From positions 784,544 through 848,543 of the forward strand of contig OZ223269.1 in the NCBI GenBank assembly GCA_965140585.1: a stretch of DNA of 64,000 nucleotides. The letters are read 5' to 3'. The notes under the pieces were generated by a model that was given only the letters and a program-made list of their open reading frames with translations, was not told the origin of the DNA and made no database searches. Made by a program: the position numbers and the translations under genes. Every line of letters starts with the position of its first letter. Within the stretch, counting starts at the first letter, position 1. This DNA comes from Spirochaetia bacterium (lineage in GTDB: Bacteria; Spirochaetota; Spirochaetia; UBA9216). This document shows positions 37,886 through 48,319 of the stretch, in pieces.

Positions 37886-38860
37886 ATGGAAATTACTTTC
37901 AGAGAAGCTCTGAATCAGGCTATGAGCGAAGAAATGAGACGCGATCCTGATGTGTTCATTTTAGGTGAAGAAGTAGCCCAGTACGATGGTGCTTATAAGG
38001 TTACACAGGGCATGCTTGATGAGTTCGGTCCTGAACGCGTTATCGATACCCCGATATCTGAGGAAGGATTCACCGGACTTGCAGTTGGTGCAGCTATGGC
38101 CGGATTAAGGCCTATTGTTGAGTGGATGACACTTAATTTTTCTTTGATGGCCTATGATCAGGTTATCAATAATGCTGCTAAAACAAGATATATGTCAGGC
38201 GGTCAGTTTATAATGCCAATGGTCATGAGAGGTCCCAATGGGCCTGCTGAATTTCTGGCGTCACAGCACAGTCAGGCTTTTCAGTCAATTTATGCCCATA
38301 TTCCCGGGCTTAAGGTATGTGCACCTTCTACCTGTCATGACGCAAAAGGTATGCTGAAAACTGCTATAAGGGATGATAATCCTGTTATTTTTCTCGAAGC
38401 CGAAATGATGTATTCATGGAAGGGCGATGTTCCTGAAGAAGAATATCTTGAACCTATTGATAAGGCCGTTGTACGAACTGCAGGCAAAGACATCACCATA
38501 GCCAGTTTTTCGAAACCGATGAGGCTTGTTGAAGAAGCGGCTGAAAAGCTTGAAGAGCGGGGAATTAGTGTTGAGGTTATTGATCTGAGATCTCTGCGTC
38601 CGCTGGATGAAGAAACAATCCTGCAGTCAGTGAAAAAAACAAACAGGTTCTTAATGGTCGAAGAAGCCTGGCCGTTTGCAAGTGTAGGTCATTCAGTATG
38701 TTCGATAGTAACTTCAAAGGCTTTTGATTTTCTTGACGCGCCGCCTGAACTTGTGGCAATGGAAGATGTTCCCATGCCTTATAACAGGGAACTGGAAAAA
38801 AATGTGTGTATAACAACTGACAAAATTATTAAGGGTGCAGAGAAAATACTCTATATTTAA
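37886..38860 (+). CDS. pdhB: 2-oxoacid dehydrogenase E1 beta subunit. The ORF-track start at 37775 is over-extended
   Basis: MEITFREALNQAMSEEMRRDPDVFILGEEVAQYDGAYKVTQG transketolase-like fold; GAGGAGG Shine-Dalgarno sequence. Confidence 0.8.
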   Translation: MEITFREALNQAMSEEMRRDPDVFILGEEVAQYDGAYKVTQGMLDEFGPERVIDTPISEEGFTGLAVGAAMAGLRPIVEWMTLNFSLMAYDQVINNAAKTRYMSGGQFIMPMVMRGPNGPAEFLASQHSQAFQSIYAHIPGLKVCAPSTCHDAKGMLKTAIRDDNPVIFLEAEMMYSWKGDVPEEEYLEPIDKAVVRTAGKDITIASFSKPMRLVEEAAEKLEERGISVEVIDLRSLRPLDEETILQSVKKTNRFLMVEEAWPFASVGHSVCSIVTSKAFDFLDAPPELVAMEDVPMPYNRELEKNVCITTDKIIKGAEKILYI

Positions 38861-38874
38861 ACGGAGGAAGCAGA

Positions 38875-40128
38875 ATGGCAGAAAAATTATATATGGCGGC
38901 GCTTTCTCCTACCATGGAGAAAGGTAAAATAGTCAGCTGGAATAAAAAAGAAGGCGATGCCGTAAAAAGCGGCGACGTAATATGCGAAGTGGAAACTGAT
39001 AAGGCGGTTATGGACTATGAATCAGACTTCGACGCATATATATTAAAAATTGTACTTCCAGAAGGTAGTTCCGCTGAAGTAGGTGAGGTAATTGCCTACT
39101 ACGGAGAGGAAGGTGAAACTGTTGAAATTAGTGAACAGAAAAAGCCTGAAAGTGCAAAAAAGGAAGCAGCTGCAGAAAATAAAACAGAGGCGGCGGTAGA
39201 AAAGACAGGAGAAAATAAACCGAGCACTGTAAATAATTCTGAAAATAACGTTGCTGCAGACGGAAAGCGAATAAGAATTTCACCGCTTGCCAAAAAAATA
39301 GCTTCAGAAAACGGAATCTCAATCAGTACGGTAAACGGCAGTGGTACAGACGGCAGAATAATCAAACGTGACATTGAATCAATTCTGGAAGGTGGATCTG
39401 CACCTGCGGCAGGAAATTATACTGCAGCTCAGGATACTGATAAAGAAATCCCTGTTTCAGGTATGCGTTCAGTTATTGCACGCCGGCTTGCAGAGTCCAA
39501 GTTTTCTGCTCCGCATTACTATCTGAATGTTTCTGTAGATATGACTGCTCTGACAGAAGCTCGTGAAAAGATTAACCGTAAACTTGGAAATAAAATATCC
39601 ATGAATTCTTTTATAATCAAAATTGCTACGGCAGCTTTGAAAAGGCATCCTGTTATTAACAGCAGCTGGAATGGTGACTCAATAATTCAATTCGGAGCAG
39701 TTAATGTGGGATTTGCAGTCGCCCTTGAGCAAGGTCTTATTGCTCCAGTTATTAAAAATACAGACAGGATGGGAATCCTGGAAATTGATTCTGAATTTAG
39801 AAGACTTGTAGATCGGGCTAAAAGCGGAACGATCAAGCCTGAAGAATATTCAGGAGCAGGATTCAGCATCAGTAATCTTGGAGGTTTCGGAATAGAGAAT
39901 TTTACAGCGATAATAAATCCGCCCGGATCCTCTATTCTTGCAATAGGAGCTGTTATTAAAAAGCCGGTTGTAGTTCAGGATGATGACGGAGAAGATATTG
40001 TCACAATAAAACCAATGATGAAACTGTCCCTGTCCTGTGATCACAGGGTTATTGACGGTGCAGATGGTGCGGCTTTTCTGGCTGATATTAAATCTATGCT
40101 TGAATCCCCGGTGGAAGCCTTACTTTAA
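38875..40128 (+). CDS. Dihydrolipoamide acyltransferase E2 (lipoyl domain, subunit-binding domain, catalytic domain)
   Basis: 417 aa; N-terminal lipoyl domain (ETDKAVMDYE), Ala/Glu/Lys-rich linker, DHRVIDGA active site; no E3 gene follows. Confidence 0.8.
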   Translation: MAEKLYMAALSPTMEKGKIVSWNKKEGDAVKSGDVICEVETDKAVMDYESDFDAYILKIVLPEGSSAEVGEVIAYYGEEGETVEISEQKKPESAKKEAAAENKTEAAVEKTGENKPSTVNNSENNVAADGKRIRISPLAKKIASENGISISTVNGSGTDGRIIKRDIESILEGGSAPAAGNYTAAQDTDKEIPVSGMRSVIARRLAESKFSAPHYYLNVSVDMTALTEAREKINRKLGNKISMNSFIIKIATAALKRHPVINSSWNGDSIIQFGAVNVGFAVALEQGLIAPVIKNTDRMGILEIDSEFRRLVDRAKSGTIKPEEYSGAGFSISNLGGFGIENFTAIINPPGSSILAIGAVIKKPVVVQDDDGEDIVTIKPMMKLSLSCDHRVIDGADGAAFLADIKSMLESPVEALL

Positions 40129-40162
40129 AAAAAAGCAGGATAGAACAGTTGTTCTATCCTGC
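40126..40162 (-). terminator. Strong rho-independent terminator for fusA2; a perfect 12 bp hairpin shared convergently with the E2 gene
   Basis: GCAGGATAGAAC-AGTT-GTTCTATCCTGC with an 8-nt T-run on the minus strand. Confidence 0.75.
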
Positions 40163-40188
40163 AATAATTACTTTCTTAAGGAAAACTC

Positions 40189-42267
40189 TTATTCTTCTTC
40201 TTTGTGAGCCTTTGCTTCAGCAATTACCTTATCGGCAATAGGTCCGGAAATTGGAGTGTAGTGATCAAACTCCAATTCGAATGAAGCTGTTCCGGAAGTA
40301 ATAGATCGTAAATCAACCGAGTAGTTCAGCATTTCTCCCTGTGGTACCTGAGCGTCAATTTCAAGAATTCCGCCTCCCAGAGGTTCCTGTCCTAAAACTT
40401 TTCCTCGTTTGGAGCTGAGATCCGATAATATGTCACCCATATACTGTTCTTCACAGAAAACTTTAAGATTCATTATAGGTTCAAGAAGTTTGACACCGGC
40501 TTTTTCAAATGCGGCTTTAAGTGCACCCTTTCCGGCCAGCTTAAATGCCATTTCAGAAGAATCTACGGGATGCTCCTTACCGTCAATAATTCTTGCTTCA
40601 AGGTCAACTACAGGGTATCCGGCAAGAAAACCTTCCTCCATTGCCTCAAGAATACCCTTTTCGATTCCCGGCATATATCCTTTAGATATTGATCCGCCTT
40701 TGATAGCATTTTCAAAACGCATATACTCACCGCGTTCTATGGGTTTGATTTCCATAACTACACGACCGTACTGTCCATGTCCGCCGGACTGTTTTTTATG
40801 CGTATATTCAGCGCTTGCTGCTTTGGTTATTGATTCACGATAAGCTATTCTCGGTTTTCTGATTTCAACTTCTACCTTACCTTTATCACGTACATTGTCC
40901 AGAACAATATTAAGCTGAAGTTCACCCATACAGGAAACAACAGTTTCCTTGGTTTCTGTATTGTATTTAATCTGAAAGGTAAGATCCTGATCTGCAGCTT
41001 TGTGAAGGAACTGATTAAGCTTGTCTTCTTCCTTCTTACTTTCTGCTGATATTGCAACAGCATGAACAGGCTGGGGGAGTTTAAGAGGCACAAAATGATA
41101 TTTAATATCTGCAGCACAGTATGTGTCGTTTGTGTTTGCTCCTTCAACTTTAGCCATTATGCCGATATCTCCGGCAATTAATTCATTAACTTCAATCAGC
41201 TTTTTTCCCTGAGTCTTGTACAGTTTGGAAATTCGTTCCTTTTTATTGTCTTTAACATTATGAATTTCAGATTCAGAATTGAATTTACCCGTAATAACCT
41301 TAATGTAGGAAAGCCTGCCGGAAAACTGATCTATAGTAGTTTTAAAAACCATTAGAGAAACAGGTTTTGAAGCATCGTATTTTACTTCAACTTCCTCCTC
41401 ATTTTCATTCAACGCAGGTTCATTAAGGCCTTCAGGATTAGGGGCGTTATTGGCAATAAAATTAAGAAGTGAAGTCAGGCCGCTGTTCATTGTAGCTGCA
41501 CCGCAGAGAACGGGTACTATTTTATTGCTTACAAGACCTTCATTTAAGCCGTGTCTTATTTCATCTTCGCTGAGTGTTCCTTCCGCAAAATATTTTTCCA
41601 GAAGTTCATCATCACCCTCGGCTGCTGATTCAATAGTTATAAGACGGTATTCTTCGACTATATCTTTCATATCTTCAGGAATGTCAGCGGCTTTTTCCTT
41701 ACCGCCGCCTTCAGGAATGAGATAGGCCTTATTTTCAATCAGGTTTATTATTCCTTTATAATTGCTTCCAGCTCCAATTGGAATAGTAACAGGAACAAGC
41801 GGAAGTTTGAATTTATCTTTGAGATCGGCAAAACAGGAATCGAAATCTGCACGATCCTTATCCATTTTATTGATAAAAGCTACTCTCGGTTTATTGCGGT
41901 CATTTAAACGCCGCCAAAGTTTCAGAGTTTCAATCTGAACTCCGGCATCAGCGGCAACCAGCATTATTGCGGTTTCTGCAGAACGGAATGCTGCAACTAC
42001 TTCACCTACGAAGTCTGAAGCACCGGGCGTATCCAGAATATTTATCTGTTTCTCTTTCCAGACAATATTTGAGAGACTTGTGTGTATTGATATTTTTCTA
42101 TTAATCTCCTCCTCTGAAAAATCGCTGACAGTTTTCCCGTTGTCAACACTTTCAGCCTTTGAGATAACGTTACCGTTAAAGAGCATCTGCTCAACCACGG
42201 TTGTTTTTCCTGTACTGCCATGACCGGCGAGTGCAATGTTTCTGATGGCATTTGTTGGGAAACTCAT
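40189..42267 (-). CDS. fusA2: Elongation factor G paralog (EF-G2-like). The ORF-track start at 42327 is a TTG inside the promoter -35 box; the Shine-Dalgarno-supported ATG is at 42267
   Basis: MSFPTNAIRNIALAGHGSTGKTT G1 motif, DTPG, NKMD; AGGAG 7 nt upstream of the ATG. Confidence 0.8.
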   Translation of the reverse strand: MSFPTNAIRNIALAGHGSTGKTTVVEQMLFNGNVISKAESVDNGKTVSDFSEEEINRKISIHTSLSNIVWKEKQINILDTPGASDFVGEVVAAFRSAETAIMLVAADAGVQIETLKLWRRLNDRNKPRVAFINKMDKDRADFDSCFADLKDKFKLPLVPVTIPIGAGSNYKGIINLIENKAYLIPEGGGKEKAADIPEDMKDIVEEYRLITIESAAEGDDELLEKYFAEGTLSEDEIRHGLNEGLVSNKIVPVLCGAATMNSGLTSLLNFIANNAPNPEGLNEPALNENEEEVEVKYDASKPVSLMVFKTTIDQFSGRLSYIKVITGKFNSESEIHNVKDNKKERISKLYKTQGKKLIEVNELIAGDIGIMAKVEGANTNDTYCAADIKYHFVPLKLPQPVHAVAISAESKKEEDKLNQFLHKAADQDLTFQIKYNTETKETVVSCMGELQLNIVLDNVRDKGKVEVEIRKPRIAYRESITKAASAEYTHKKQSGGHGQYGRVVMEIKPIERGEYMRFENAIKGGSISKGYMPGIEKGILEAMEEGFLAGYPVVDLEARIIDGKEHPVDSSEMAFKLAGKGALKAAFEKAGVKLLEPIMNLKVFCEEQYMGDILSDLSSKRGKVLGQEPLGGGILEIDAQVPQGEMLNYSVDLRSITSGTASFELEFDHYTPISGPIADKVIAEAKAHKEEE

Positions 42268-42298
42268 GTTTGCTCCTTGTTGTGAGGTTGGATAATTA

Positions 42299-42327
42299 AC
42301 TATAGACGTGATTTTTTCAGCCGTCAA
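42299..42327 (-). promoter_or_regulatory. sigma70 promoter for fusA2 (TTGACG-N17-TATAGT)
   Basis: On the minus strand, -35 is at 42327-42322 and -10 at 42304-42299, with exactly 17 nt between them; about 30 nt upstream of the ATG. Confidence 0.65.
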
Positions 42328-42399
42328 GAATTAATTAGAGGACGGTGAGGAGCGTGTTAAAACTGTGTTAATTAAATGACTGGGTTAATCATCTACAAA

Positions 42400-42471
42400 A
42401 AATCCATGAAATAAGTTGTGAGGCACTCACAACTTATTTCCGAATATAATCTCGATGCAATCGAGATTATA
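42400..42471 (-). terminator. Two consecutive perfect hairpins (13 and 14 bp stems) immediately after the fusA stop; terminator/attenuator between fusA and fusA2
   Basis: AATATAATCTCGAT-GCAA-TCGAGATTATATT at 42443-42471 and AAATAAGTTGTGAG-GCAC-TCACAACTTATTT at 42401-42435. Confidence 0.5.
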
Positions 42472-44500
42472 TTCCACCTTCCTTAGGTGCAAAATGACTG
42501 AACTCCATCGAGAAGGTTCCTCTTCCCTGGGTAAGGCTCCTGAGTACTGTAGAGTACCCGAACATTTTGGAAAGAGGTGCTTCAACGTTCAGGTGCTCTA
42601 TTGCGGTGCGGCTTTCAAGGCTGTGCACTATTCCGCCGCGTACAGTTACGTTGTTAATTACCTCTCCAATGTAGTCCTTAGGACAGAGAATACCGACCTT
42701 CATAACGGGTTCAAGCAGAACCGGCCCGGCATTCCGGCAGGCTTCATCAAACCCCATGGCCGCTGCTGCCTCAAAGGCGAAGGCCGTTGAAGTCATCTCA
42801 TTGTAAACCGCAGATTCAAGAACAACACTGATATCAATTCCTGGGTAGCCATACATAATACCTCCGGAAAAGGAGTTTTCAATACCGCGCCTGATAGCAT
42901 CGAGGTATTCCCTCGGCAGAGTTTTTTCAGTTACAAGGCTGGAGAATAGATTACCCTCGCCGCGAGCAGAAGGTTTAACCCGAATTGTTAGTTCTGCAGT
43001 ATTATCCTTACCGGCCATGACCTTATGGAATTTTTCAGTGTGCAGGTACTCCTGAGTGACTGTTTCCCTGTATGAAACCTGAGGATTACCTATTTTAGCT
43101 GCAACCTTATAGTCGTCAACTATCCTGGTAACAAGAACATCAAGATGAAGCTCTCCCATACCTGAGATTACAAGCTGACCGGTTTCATCATTTTCTTTTA
43201 CAACAAATGTCGGGTCCTCTCTTGTGAGGTTATCAAGTGTCTTTTTCAGTTTATCCATATCGGACATGGATTTGGGTTCTATAGCAACAGAAATTACAGG
43301 TTCCGGGAAGTGCAGGTTTTCAAGCAGGACCTGATGTCCCTCGCTTCCGATGGTATCACCTGTCTGGGCATCTTTCATTCCGATTATTACACCTATTTCT
43401 CCTGCGGCAAGAGATGACAGGTCTTCTGAAGTGTTTGAATGCATACGTAAAATACGGTTTATCCGCTCTCTTTTACGTTTGTTCATATTGTAGACAGCAG
43501 TACCTTTTTTTATAACTCCGGAATAAACACGGACATAACACATAGGGCCTGCTTCACGATCATTCTGAATCTTAAAAACAAGCGCAAGCGGATTTCCATC
43601 ATCACTTCTATCTACAATTACTTCACTTTCATTTTTAACTGAATGGCCTGTTATAGCAGGAAGATCACCGGGAGCTGGAAGATATTCGATAATACCGTCA
43701 AGCAATGGCTGAACTCCGATATTCCTTAAAGAAGCTCCAACAAAAACGGGCAGAAAACTCTGGTCAAGAACTACCTTCCTTAAAACCTTATTGATTAGTT
43801 CAACAGGAATGTCGTTGCCTTCAAGATAAAGCTCGGTTACCTCATCGCTGAATTCACCCAGTTTATCAATAAGCTTCTCTCTCCATTCTGACGCTATTTC
43901 TGAATTCTCAGGAGAGATATCCTTGTATATAAGTGCTGCTGCCGGATCATCAGGCCAGTATATTTCTCTCATATTGAGAAGATCAATAATACCCTTAAAA
44001 TCAGATTCGGCGCCGATGGGCAGATACAATGGTACCGGGACGGCTCCAAGTTTTTCCTCAATTTCGGTTAGTACATCAAAAAAATCTGCACCTATACGAT
44101 CCATCTTGTTGATATACGCAATTCTTGAAACATTGTAGGTATCAGCCTGATGCCAGACAGTTTCGGACTGGGGCTCAACACCGCCGACCGCACAGAAAAT
44201 GGCTACAGCACCGTCCAGAACACGAAGAGAGCGTTCAACTTCAGCAGTAAAATCTACATGACCCGGAGTGTCGATAATATTTATCTGCCTATCCTTCCAG
44301 TAGCAGGTTGTAGCCGCTGATACGATTGTGATACCGCGGTTCTGCTCCTGTTCCATCCAGTCCATTGTAGCTTCGCCGTCATCGACTTCACCGATTCGGT
44401 GGCTTTTCCCGGTATAGAAAAGTATTCGTTCCGTAGTGGTTGTTTTTCCGGCATCAATGTGTGCCATTATCCCGATATTTCTCATGTTCTCTGCTGTCAT
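42467..44500 (-). CDS. fusA: Elongation factor G (canonical). The likely start is [10 protein letters not shown] at 44500 (Shine-Dalgarno GGAGA); the ORF track starts at 44533
   Basis: [51 protein letters not shown] is near-identical to the EF-G consensus. Confidence 0.9.
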   Translation of the reverse strand: MTAENMRNIGIMAHIDAGKTTTTERILFYTGKSHRIGEVDDGEATMDWMEQEQNRGITIVSAATTCYWKDRQINIIDTPGHVDFTAEVERSLRVLDGAVAIFCAVGGVEPQSETVWHQADTYNVSRIAYINKMDRIGADFFDVLTEIEEKLGAVPVPLYLPIGAESDFKGIIDLLNMREIYWPDDPAAALIYKDISPENSEIASEWREKLIDKLGEFSDEVTELYLEGNDIPVELINKVLRKVVLDQSFLPVFVGASLRNIGVQPLLDGIIEYLPAPGDLPAITGHSVKNESEVIVDRSDDGNPLALVFKIQNDREAGPMCYVRVYSGVIKKGTAVYNMNKRKRERINRILRMHSNTSEDLSSLAAGEIGVIIGMKDAQTGDTIGSEGHQVLLENLHFPEPVISVAIEPKSMSDMDKLKKTLDNLTREDPTFVVKENDETGQLVISGMGELHLDVLVTRIVDDYKVAAKIGNPQVSYRETVTQEYLHTEKFHKVMAGKDNTAELTIRVKPSARGEGNLFSSLVTEKTLPREYLDAIRRGIENSFSGGIMYGYPGIDISVVLESAVYNEMTSTAFAFEAAAAMGFDEACRNAGPVLLEPVMKVGILCPKDYIGEVINNVTVRGGIVHSLESRTAIEHLNVEAPLSKMFGYSTVLRSLTQGRGTFSMEFSHFAPKEGGI

Positions 44501-44600
44501 TATTGTCTCCGCGCGCATAATATCACAGATCATTAATTTTTTTAAAGAGGATGTAAAAACAATATTTTATAAATAATTTCTGCAATCTTATTGACAAAAA

Positions 44601-44630
44601 AATGGATACTATGCTATTTTCATTCTCGCA
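44601..44630 (+). promoter_or_regulatory. Candidate sigma70 promoter for tRNA-Val (TTGACA with a downstream TATGCT/TGCTATTTT)
   Basis: Perfect TTGACA -35 hexamer at 44601-06, but -10 spacing is ambiguous (14-19 nt). Confidence 0.35.
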
Positions 44631-44638
44631 ACGAGTAC

Positions 44639-44711
<73 letters not shown>

Positions 44712-44714
44712 AGT

Positions 44715-44745
44715 GGACTACCTTAACAGGTAGTCCTTTTTTTTT
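44715..44745 (+). terminator. Rho-independent terminator after tRNA-Val
   Basis: GGACTACCT-TAAC-AGGTAGTCC then 9 T's. Confidence 0.75.
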
Positions 44746-44764
44746 ATCAGGAAGCTATTGCAAT

Positions 44765-45592
44765 TTAAAAGTCTGTAAGGTTACCTTCTATATCGTAAAT
44801 TTCTTCCAGTCCCCACTGCAGTACCGCACCGCCTATATAACCGAGCAGGCCGTACATAATACCGTAAGACATTAAAACCATCTCAAATTCGTTGAGATCT
44901 GTAAGACTTCCTCCCGCCAGAAGAAGTATCCCGATATCTGCAGCTGTACAGGCAATTCCCAGGCTGTAGCAGCTCCACATGCCGATGCGGGTGTACTGGT
45001 TTCTTTTTGCCCTGTTATACATCAGTTTGGTAAGCTGTACTTTTTCATCTCCTTCACCCCAGAAATATCTTTTTACATAGGTTGAAGAAGTGTCAGCTGC
45101 TCTTAGAGAATCGCTTGCGGAAGCCTGAGTTTGATTCTGATTTAAAAGTTCTCCGGCAAGCAGATTGCAGTTATCTACTAGATCATCAAGGCTGTCAAAA
45201 ATCCCGGATGTATCCTTAACTATCTCAATATTGGCAACATCTATAAGCTTCATTGTGAGAATGTAGCGGCTTCCCACGCTTCCAAGGCTTCCGGTAATCA
45301 CTTCATCTGCAGAAATAAGCCTTGCAATTTCTATTGCACAGGTATCATCAGTACATTCCTGATTTGTATAGGATGTACCATCAAGTGCCGACTCTCTCAT
45401 GTCACGTTCAATAACTGTAATATTGTCAAAGCGATTAATAGTCGTATTAAGTAAATCAACTATAAGATTCCTTTCCTGTTCTGAAACGTTGCTGGTCTGA
45501 AAATCAATAATAGTTATTGTTTTCTGTGGTTGGCAGAATGCTGTACCAGTAAGAAAAATAAAAGATACAAAAATCAGCAAAAGTTTTTTCAT
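44765..45592 (-). CDS. Hypothetical lipoprotein/secreted protein with a C-terminal hydrophobic region
   Basis: 275 aa; signal peptide with a Cys (LTGTAFC). Confidence 0.4.
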   Translation of the reverse strand: MKKLLLIFVSFIFLTGTAFCQPQKTITIIDFQTSNVSEQERNLIVDLLNTTINRFDNITVIERDMRESALDGTSYTNQECTDDTCAIEIARLISADEVITGSLGSVGSRYILTMKLIDVANIEIVKDTSGIFDSLDDLVDNCNLLAGELLNQNQTQASASDSLRAADTSSTYVKRYFWGEGDEKVQLTKLMYNRAKRNQYTRIGMWSCYSLGIACTAADIGILLLAGGSLTDLNEFEMVLMSYGIMYGLLGYIGGAVLQWGLEEIYDIEGNLTDF

Positions 45593-45734
45593 TTTAAATC
45601 CTATTCTATATTTAATATTAGTAATGCAATTATTATATCAATACAGAGAATGTTGTCCATTGGAAATAAAAATTAGACTTACTGCATTTGCGCTTAATAT
45701 TGTAATAAGATTGAAATACGAATAGAATAAACAT

Positions 45735-46436
45735 ATGCTGAATGACAGAGCCGTAAAAATAAAAAACAACATTGAAAAAATCAATGAAGATATTTCAAAA
45801 GCAGCAGATGGCGCAGGTCGTAAATCATCTGCAGTTAGATTGATGGCTGTTTCCAAAACTAAGCCCATTGAAGATCTGCTTGCTGCATACGAGGCCGGAC
45901 ATCGGCTTTTCGGAGAAAACAGAATTCAGGAAATAATCGAAAAAAAGCCATTACTCCCGTATGATCTTGAACTTCATATGATTGGCCATCTTCAGAGTAA
46001 TAAGGCAAAAGCTGCAGCAGAGAACGTTGACTGTGTACAGTCAATTGATAAACTCAATACGGCGCGTGAGCTGAATAAAAAGGCTGTATCAACGGGTAGA
46101 AAAATTGATTATCTTATTGAAATAAACACCTCCGGAGAATATTCAAAAGACGGTTATGACAGTTTTAAATCTGTACAATCCGATATTGAGCAGTACCTTG
46201 AGCTTGAGATGCTTAATCTCAGAGGATTTATGACAATCGCGCCCTTTACCGATGATACGGCAGCAATCAGAAAATCTTTCAGAACGCTGTTTGAATATTA
46301 TGAAAAAATAAAAACAGAACTCAAGCTTGATTCGTTTGATACACTTTCTATGGGGATGTCGTCTGATTTTAATATTGCCATAGAAGAGGGAAGTACTCTT
46401 ATTCGGATCGGAACTGCCATTTTCGGAGGCCGATAA
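45735..46436 (+). CDS. yggS: YggS-family pyridoxal-phosphate homeostasis protein
   Basis: 233 aa; AVSKTKP (PLP-binding Lys), HMIGHLQSNKAK. Confidence 0.8.
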   Translation: MLNDRAVKIKNNIEKINEDISKAADGAGRKSSAVRLMAVSKTKPIEDLLAAYEAGHRLFGENRIQEIIEKKPLLPYDLELHMIGHLQSNKAKAAAENVDCVQSIDKLNTARELNKKAVSTGRKIDYLIEINTSGEYSKDGYDSFKSVQSDIEQYLELEMLNLRGFMTIAPFTDDTAAIRKSFRTLFEYYEKIKTELKLDSFDTLSMGMSSDFNIAIEEGSTLIRIGTAIFGGR

Positions 46437-46445
46437 GTTTACTAT

Positions 46446-46862
46446 ATGAAGTTATTGATAAAAAAAACAACTGTTTTACTTCTGATTATATCTTTACTAA
46501 GCATCAATTTCCTGTCATGTACAAGTATCGATGACAGCGATGAGGTGATTTCCGAAAAGGAACAGGAGCCCGAAGCTTATTCCGACGAGGAATTTCCGGG
46601 ATGGCTTAATGATCTGCGAAGAGCTGAAATAATCTTTGCAGGGACAATTCCTCTGTCTGTACTTCTGTCCAGCCTTGGATACAGCGTATACAGAACTGTC
46701 ACTGACAACAGTGATTCCGGTACAGATGCGTTCAGCAGCTTTCTCTCATCATCTGACCTAACTAATGATGAAAATATGCAGATTATGACTATAAGCCTCG
46801 GGCTGTCGGCAACAGCCGCTCTTGCTGATTTTATTATCGGACTGTTTGATAAAGATGAGTAA
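46446..46862 (+). CDS. Hypothetical lipoprotein with a C-terminal TM anchor
   Basis: 138 aa; signal peptide with lipobox-like LSC; acidic middle region. Confidence 0.35.
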   Translation: MKLLIKKTTVLLLIISLLSINFLSCTSIDDSDEVISEKEQEPEAYSDEEFPGWLNDLRRAEIIFAGTIPLSVLLSSLGYSVYRTVTDNSDSGTDAFSSFLSSSDLTNDENMQIMTISLGLSATAALADFIIGLFDKDE

Positions 46863-47778
46863 ATCATTCAATTTTACAGTTCCGGATATCAGCAGACCTG
46901 AAAGAGTTGATATACTTATAACCGATCTCGATAAAAATCTCAGTAGAAGCAGCCTTAAAAACAGGATTGAGACCCTAAGGTGCAATGGGAATGATATTAA
47001 ACTTTCCCGGAAAGTACAGACCGGAGATTTAATTTTCTATGAACTTACCGATGAGGTTTCTACAGAATTCAAGGCAGAAAAAATTGATTTTGATATAATT
47101 TATGAAAACGAGAATGTGATTGTAATAAACAAACTAGCGGGTATGGTAGTACATCCCGCTGCTGGTAACTATACAGGTACGCTTGCACAGGGGCTAAAGT
47201 ATTATCTTTCCGAAACTGACAGCGATTTTACTGAGGAAGATACAAGGCCCGGTATTGTCCATCGGCTTGATAAGGATACCTCGGGTATTCTGATTACCGC
47301 TAAAAACACTTCATCACTGCATTTTCTCTCGGATGAGTTTCGTGAAAGAAGAGCAAGGAAGACGTATCTGGCCGTCATTCACGGAAAACTTCCCGCCATT
47401 AAAGGCGAAATTAAGACATTGATAAACAGAGACAGGAATGACAGAAAAAAAATGACTGTTAAAACTGGTTCAGGGCGGGAAGCGCACACTGAATACAGAG
47501 TTTTGAAAGTGTTTAAACAATATTCCTTTGTAGCGCTCTATCCTAAAACCGGACGTACACATCAGTTGCGTGTTCACATGAAAAGTATGGGCACGCCGAT
47601 ATGCGGAGACCCGGTCTACTCTTCAAAAAAAGATCCTTTCGGCTTTGGACTTTCACTTCATGCCTATAAACTGAGAATCAGGGTGCCGGAAAACGGTTCA
47701 GAGAAAGAATCAGTTTTCAGAGCCCCCCTGCCTGAGCGCTTTAAAATTATTCTAATGGATCTTTCAAAAAGGGATTAA
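46855..47778 (+). CDS. rluD: RluA-family 23S rRNA pseudouridine synthase (RluD-like). The track ORF starts at 46822; ATG 46855 is the more likely start
   Basis: S4-like N-terminus and the HRLDKDTSGILI catalytic motif. Confidence 0.7.
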   Translation: MSKSFNFTVPDISRPERVDILITDLDKNLSRSSLKNRIETLRCNGNDIKLSRKVQTGDLIFYELTDEVSTEFKAEKIDFDIIYENENVIVINKLAGMVVHPAAGNYTGTLAQGLKYYLSETDSDFTEEDTRPGIVHRLDKDTSGILITAKNTSSLHFLSDEFRERRARKTYLAVIHGKLPAIKGEIKTLINRDRNDRKKMTVKTGSGREAHTEYRVLKVFKQYSFVALYPKTGRTHQLRVHMKSMGTPICGDPVYSSKKDPFGFGLSLHAYKLRIRVPENGSEKESVFRAPLPERFKIILMDLSKRD

Positions 47779-48319
47779 ACATTTTTTCAGCTTTTATTGT
47801 AGTCGGCGCACCATGACCTGGAAAAATCAGAAGATCATCTTCCATCCCGAAAACCTTGTCCCTGATGTTGGATTTCAGCTGTTCCTCGGCAATCCTTGAA
47901 AGTCCGTCATCAAGACTTCCGGCATATATAACATCGCCTGTAAAAAGCATGTTTTGAATACGGAATATCATTGAGTCGGATGAATGTCCGGGAACATTGA
48001 TCACATTAACAATGAAGTCATCAAGATGCAGGATATCGGAATCATTTATCTGATTGATTTCTACATCGAACGGAAGTTCCATATTACTGTAAATATCAGC
48101 ATCATAGATTTTTTTAAGGGTCTTTATTCCATTAACATGCGACTTGTGATTGTGAGTAACAAGAATATGTTTTATATAGAAATTATTGTTCTCTATCTGT
48201 TTTAAAAGCGGTATGTCCATTACGCCCGGATCAATGATAATCGCATTACCACCTTCGGATGGTCCTAAAAGATAGGTGTTGGAGAAATTTGCAAGAACAA
48301 AATGGAAAAACAGTTTCAT
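47747..48319 (-). CDS. MBL-fold metallo-hydrolase
   Basis: 190 aa; THNHKSH variant of the HxHxDH motif. Confidence 0.5.
   Translation of the reverse strand: MKLFFHFVLANFSNTYLLGPSEGGNAIIIDPGVMDIPLLKQIENNNFYIKHILVTHNHKSHVNGIKTLKKIYDADIYSNMELPFDVEINQINDSDILHLDDFIVNVINVPGHSSDSMIFRIQNMLFTGDVIYAGSLDDGLSRIAEEQLKSNIRDKVFGMEDDLLIFPGHGAPTTIKAEKMFNPFLKDPLE

Noticed and set aside
36805-37886. Long upstream extensions of the pdhA (36805) and pdhB (37775) ORFs overlapping the preceding genes
   Set aside because: Strong Shine-Dalgarno sequences and conserved N-termini support the internal ATGs at 36892 and 37886; the extensions are read-through of the upstream gene ends.
42268-42327. N-terminal 20 aa extension of the EF-G paralog (MTAEKITSIVNYPTSQQGAN, TTG start)
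   Set aside because: The TTG is the -35 hexamer of a TTGACG-N17-TATAGT promoter. The conserved G-domain begins at the downstream Shine-Dalgarno-preceded ATG (42267).
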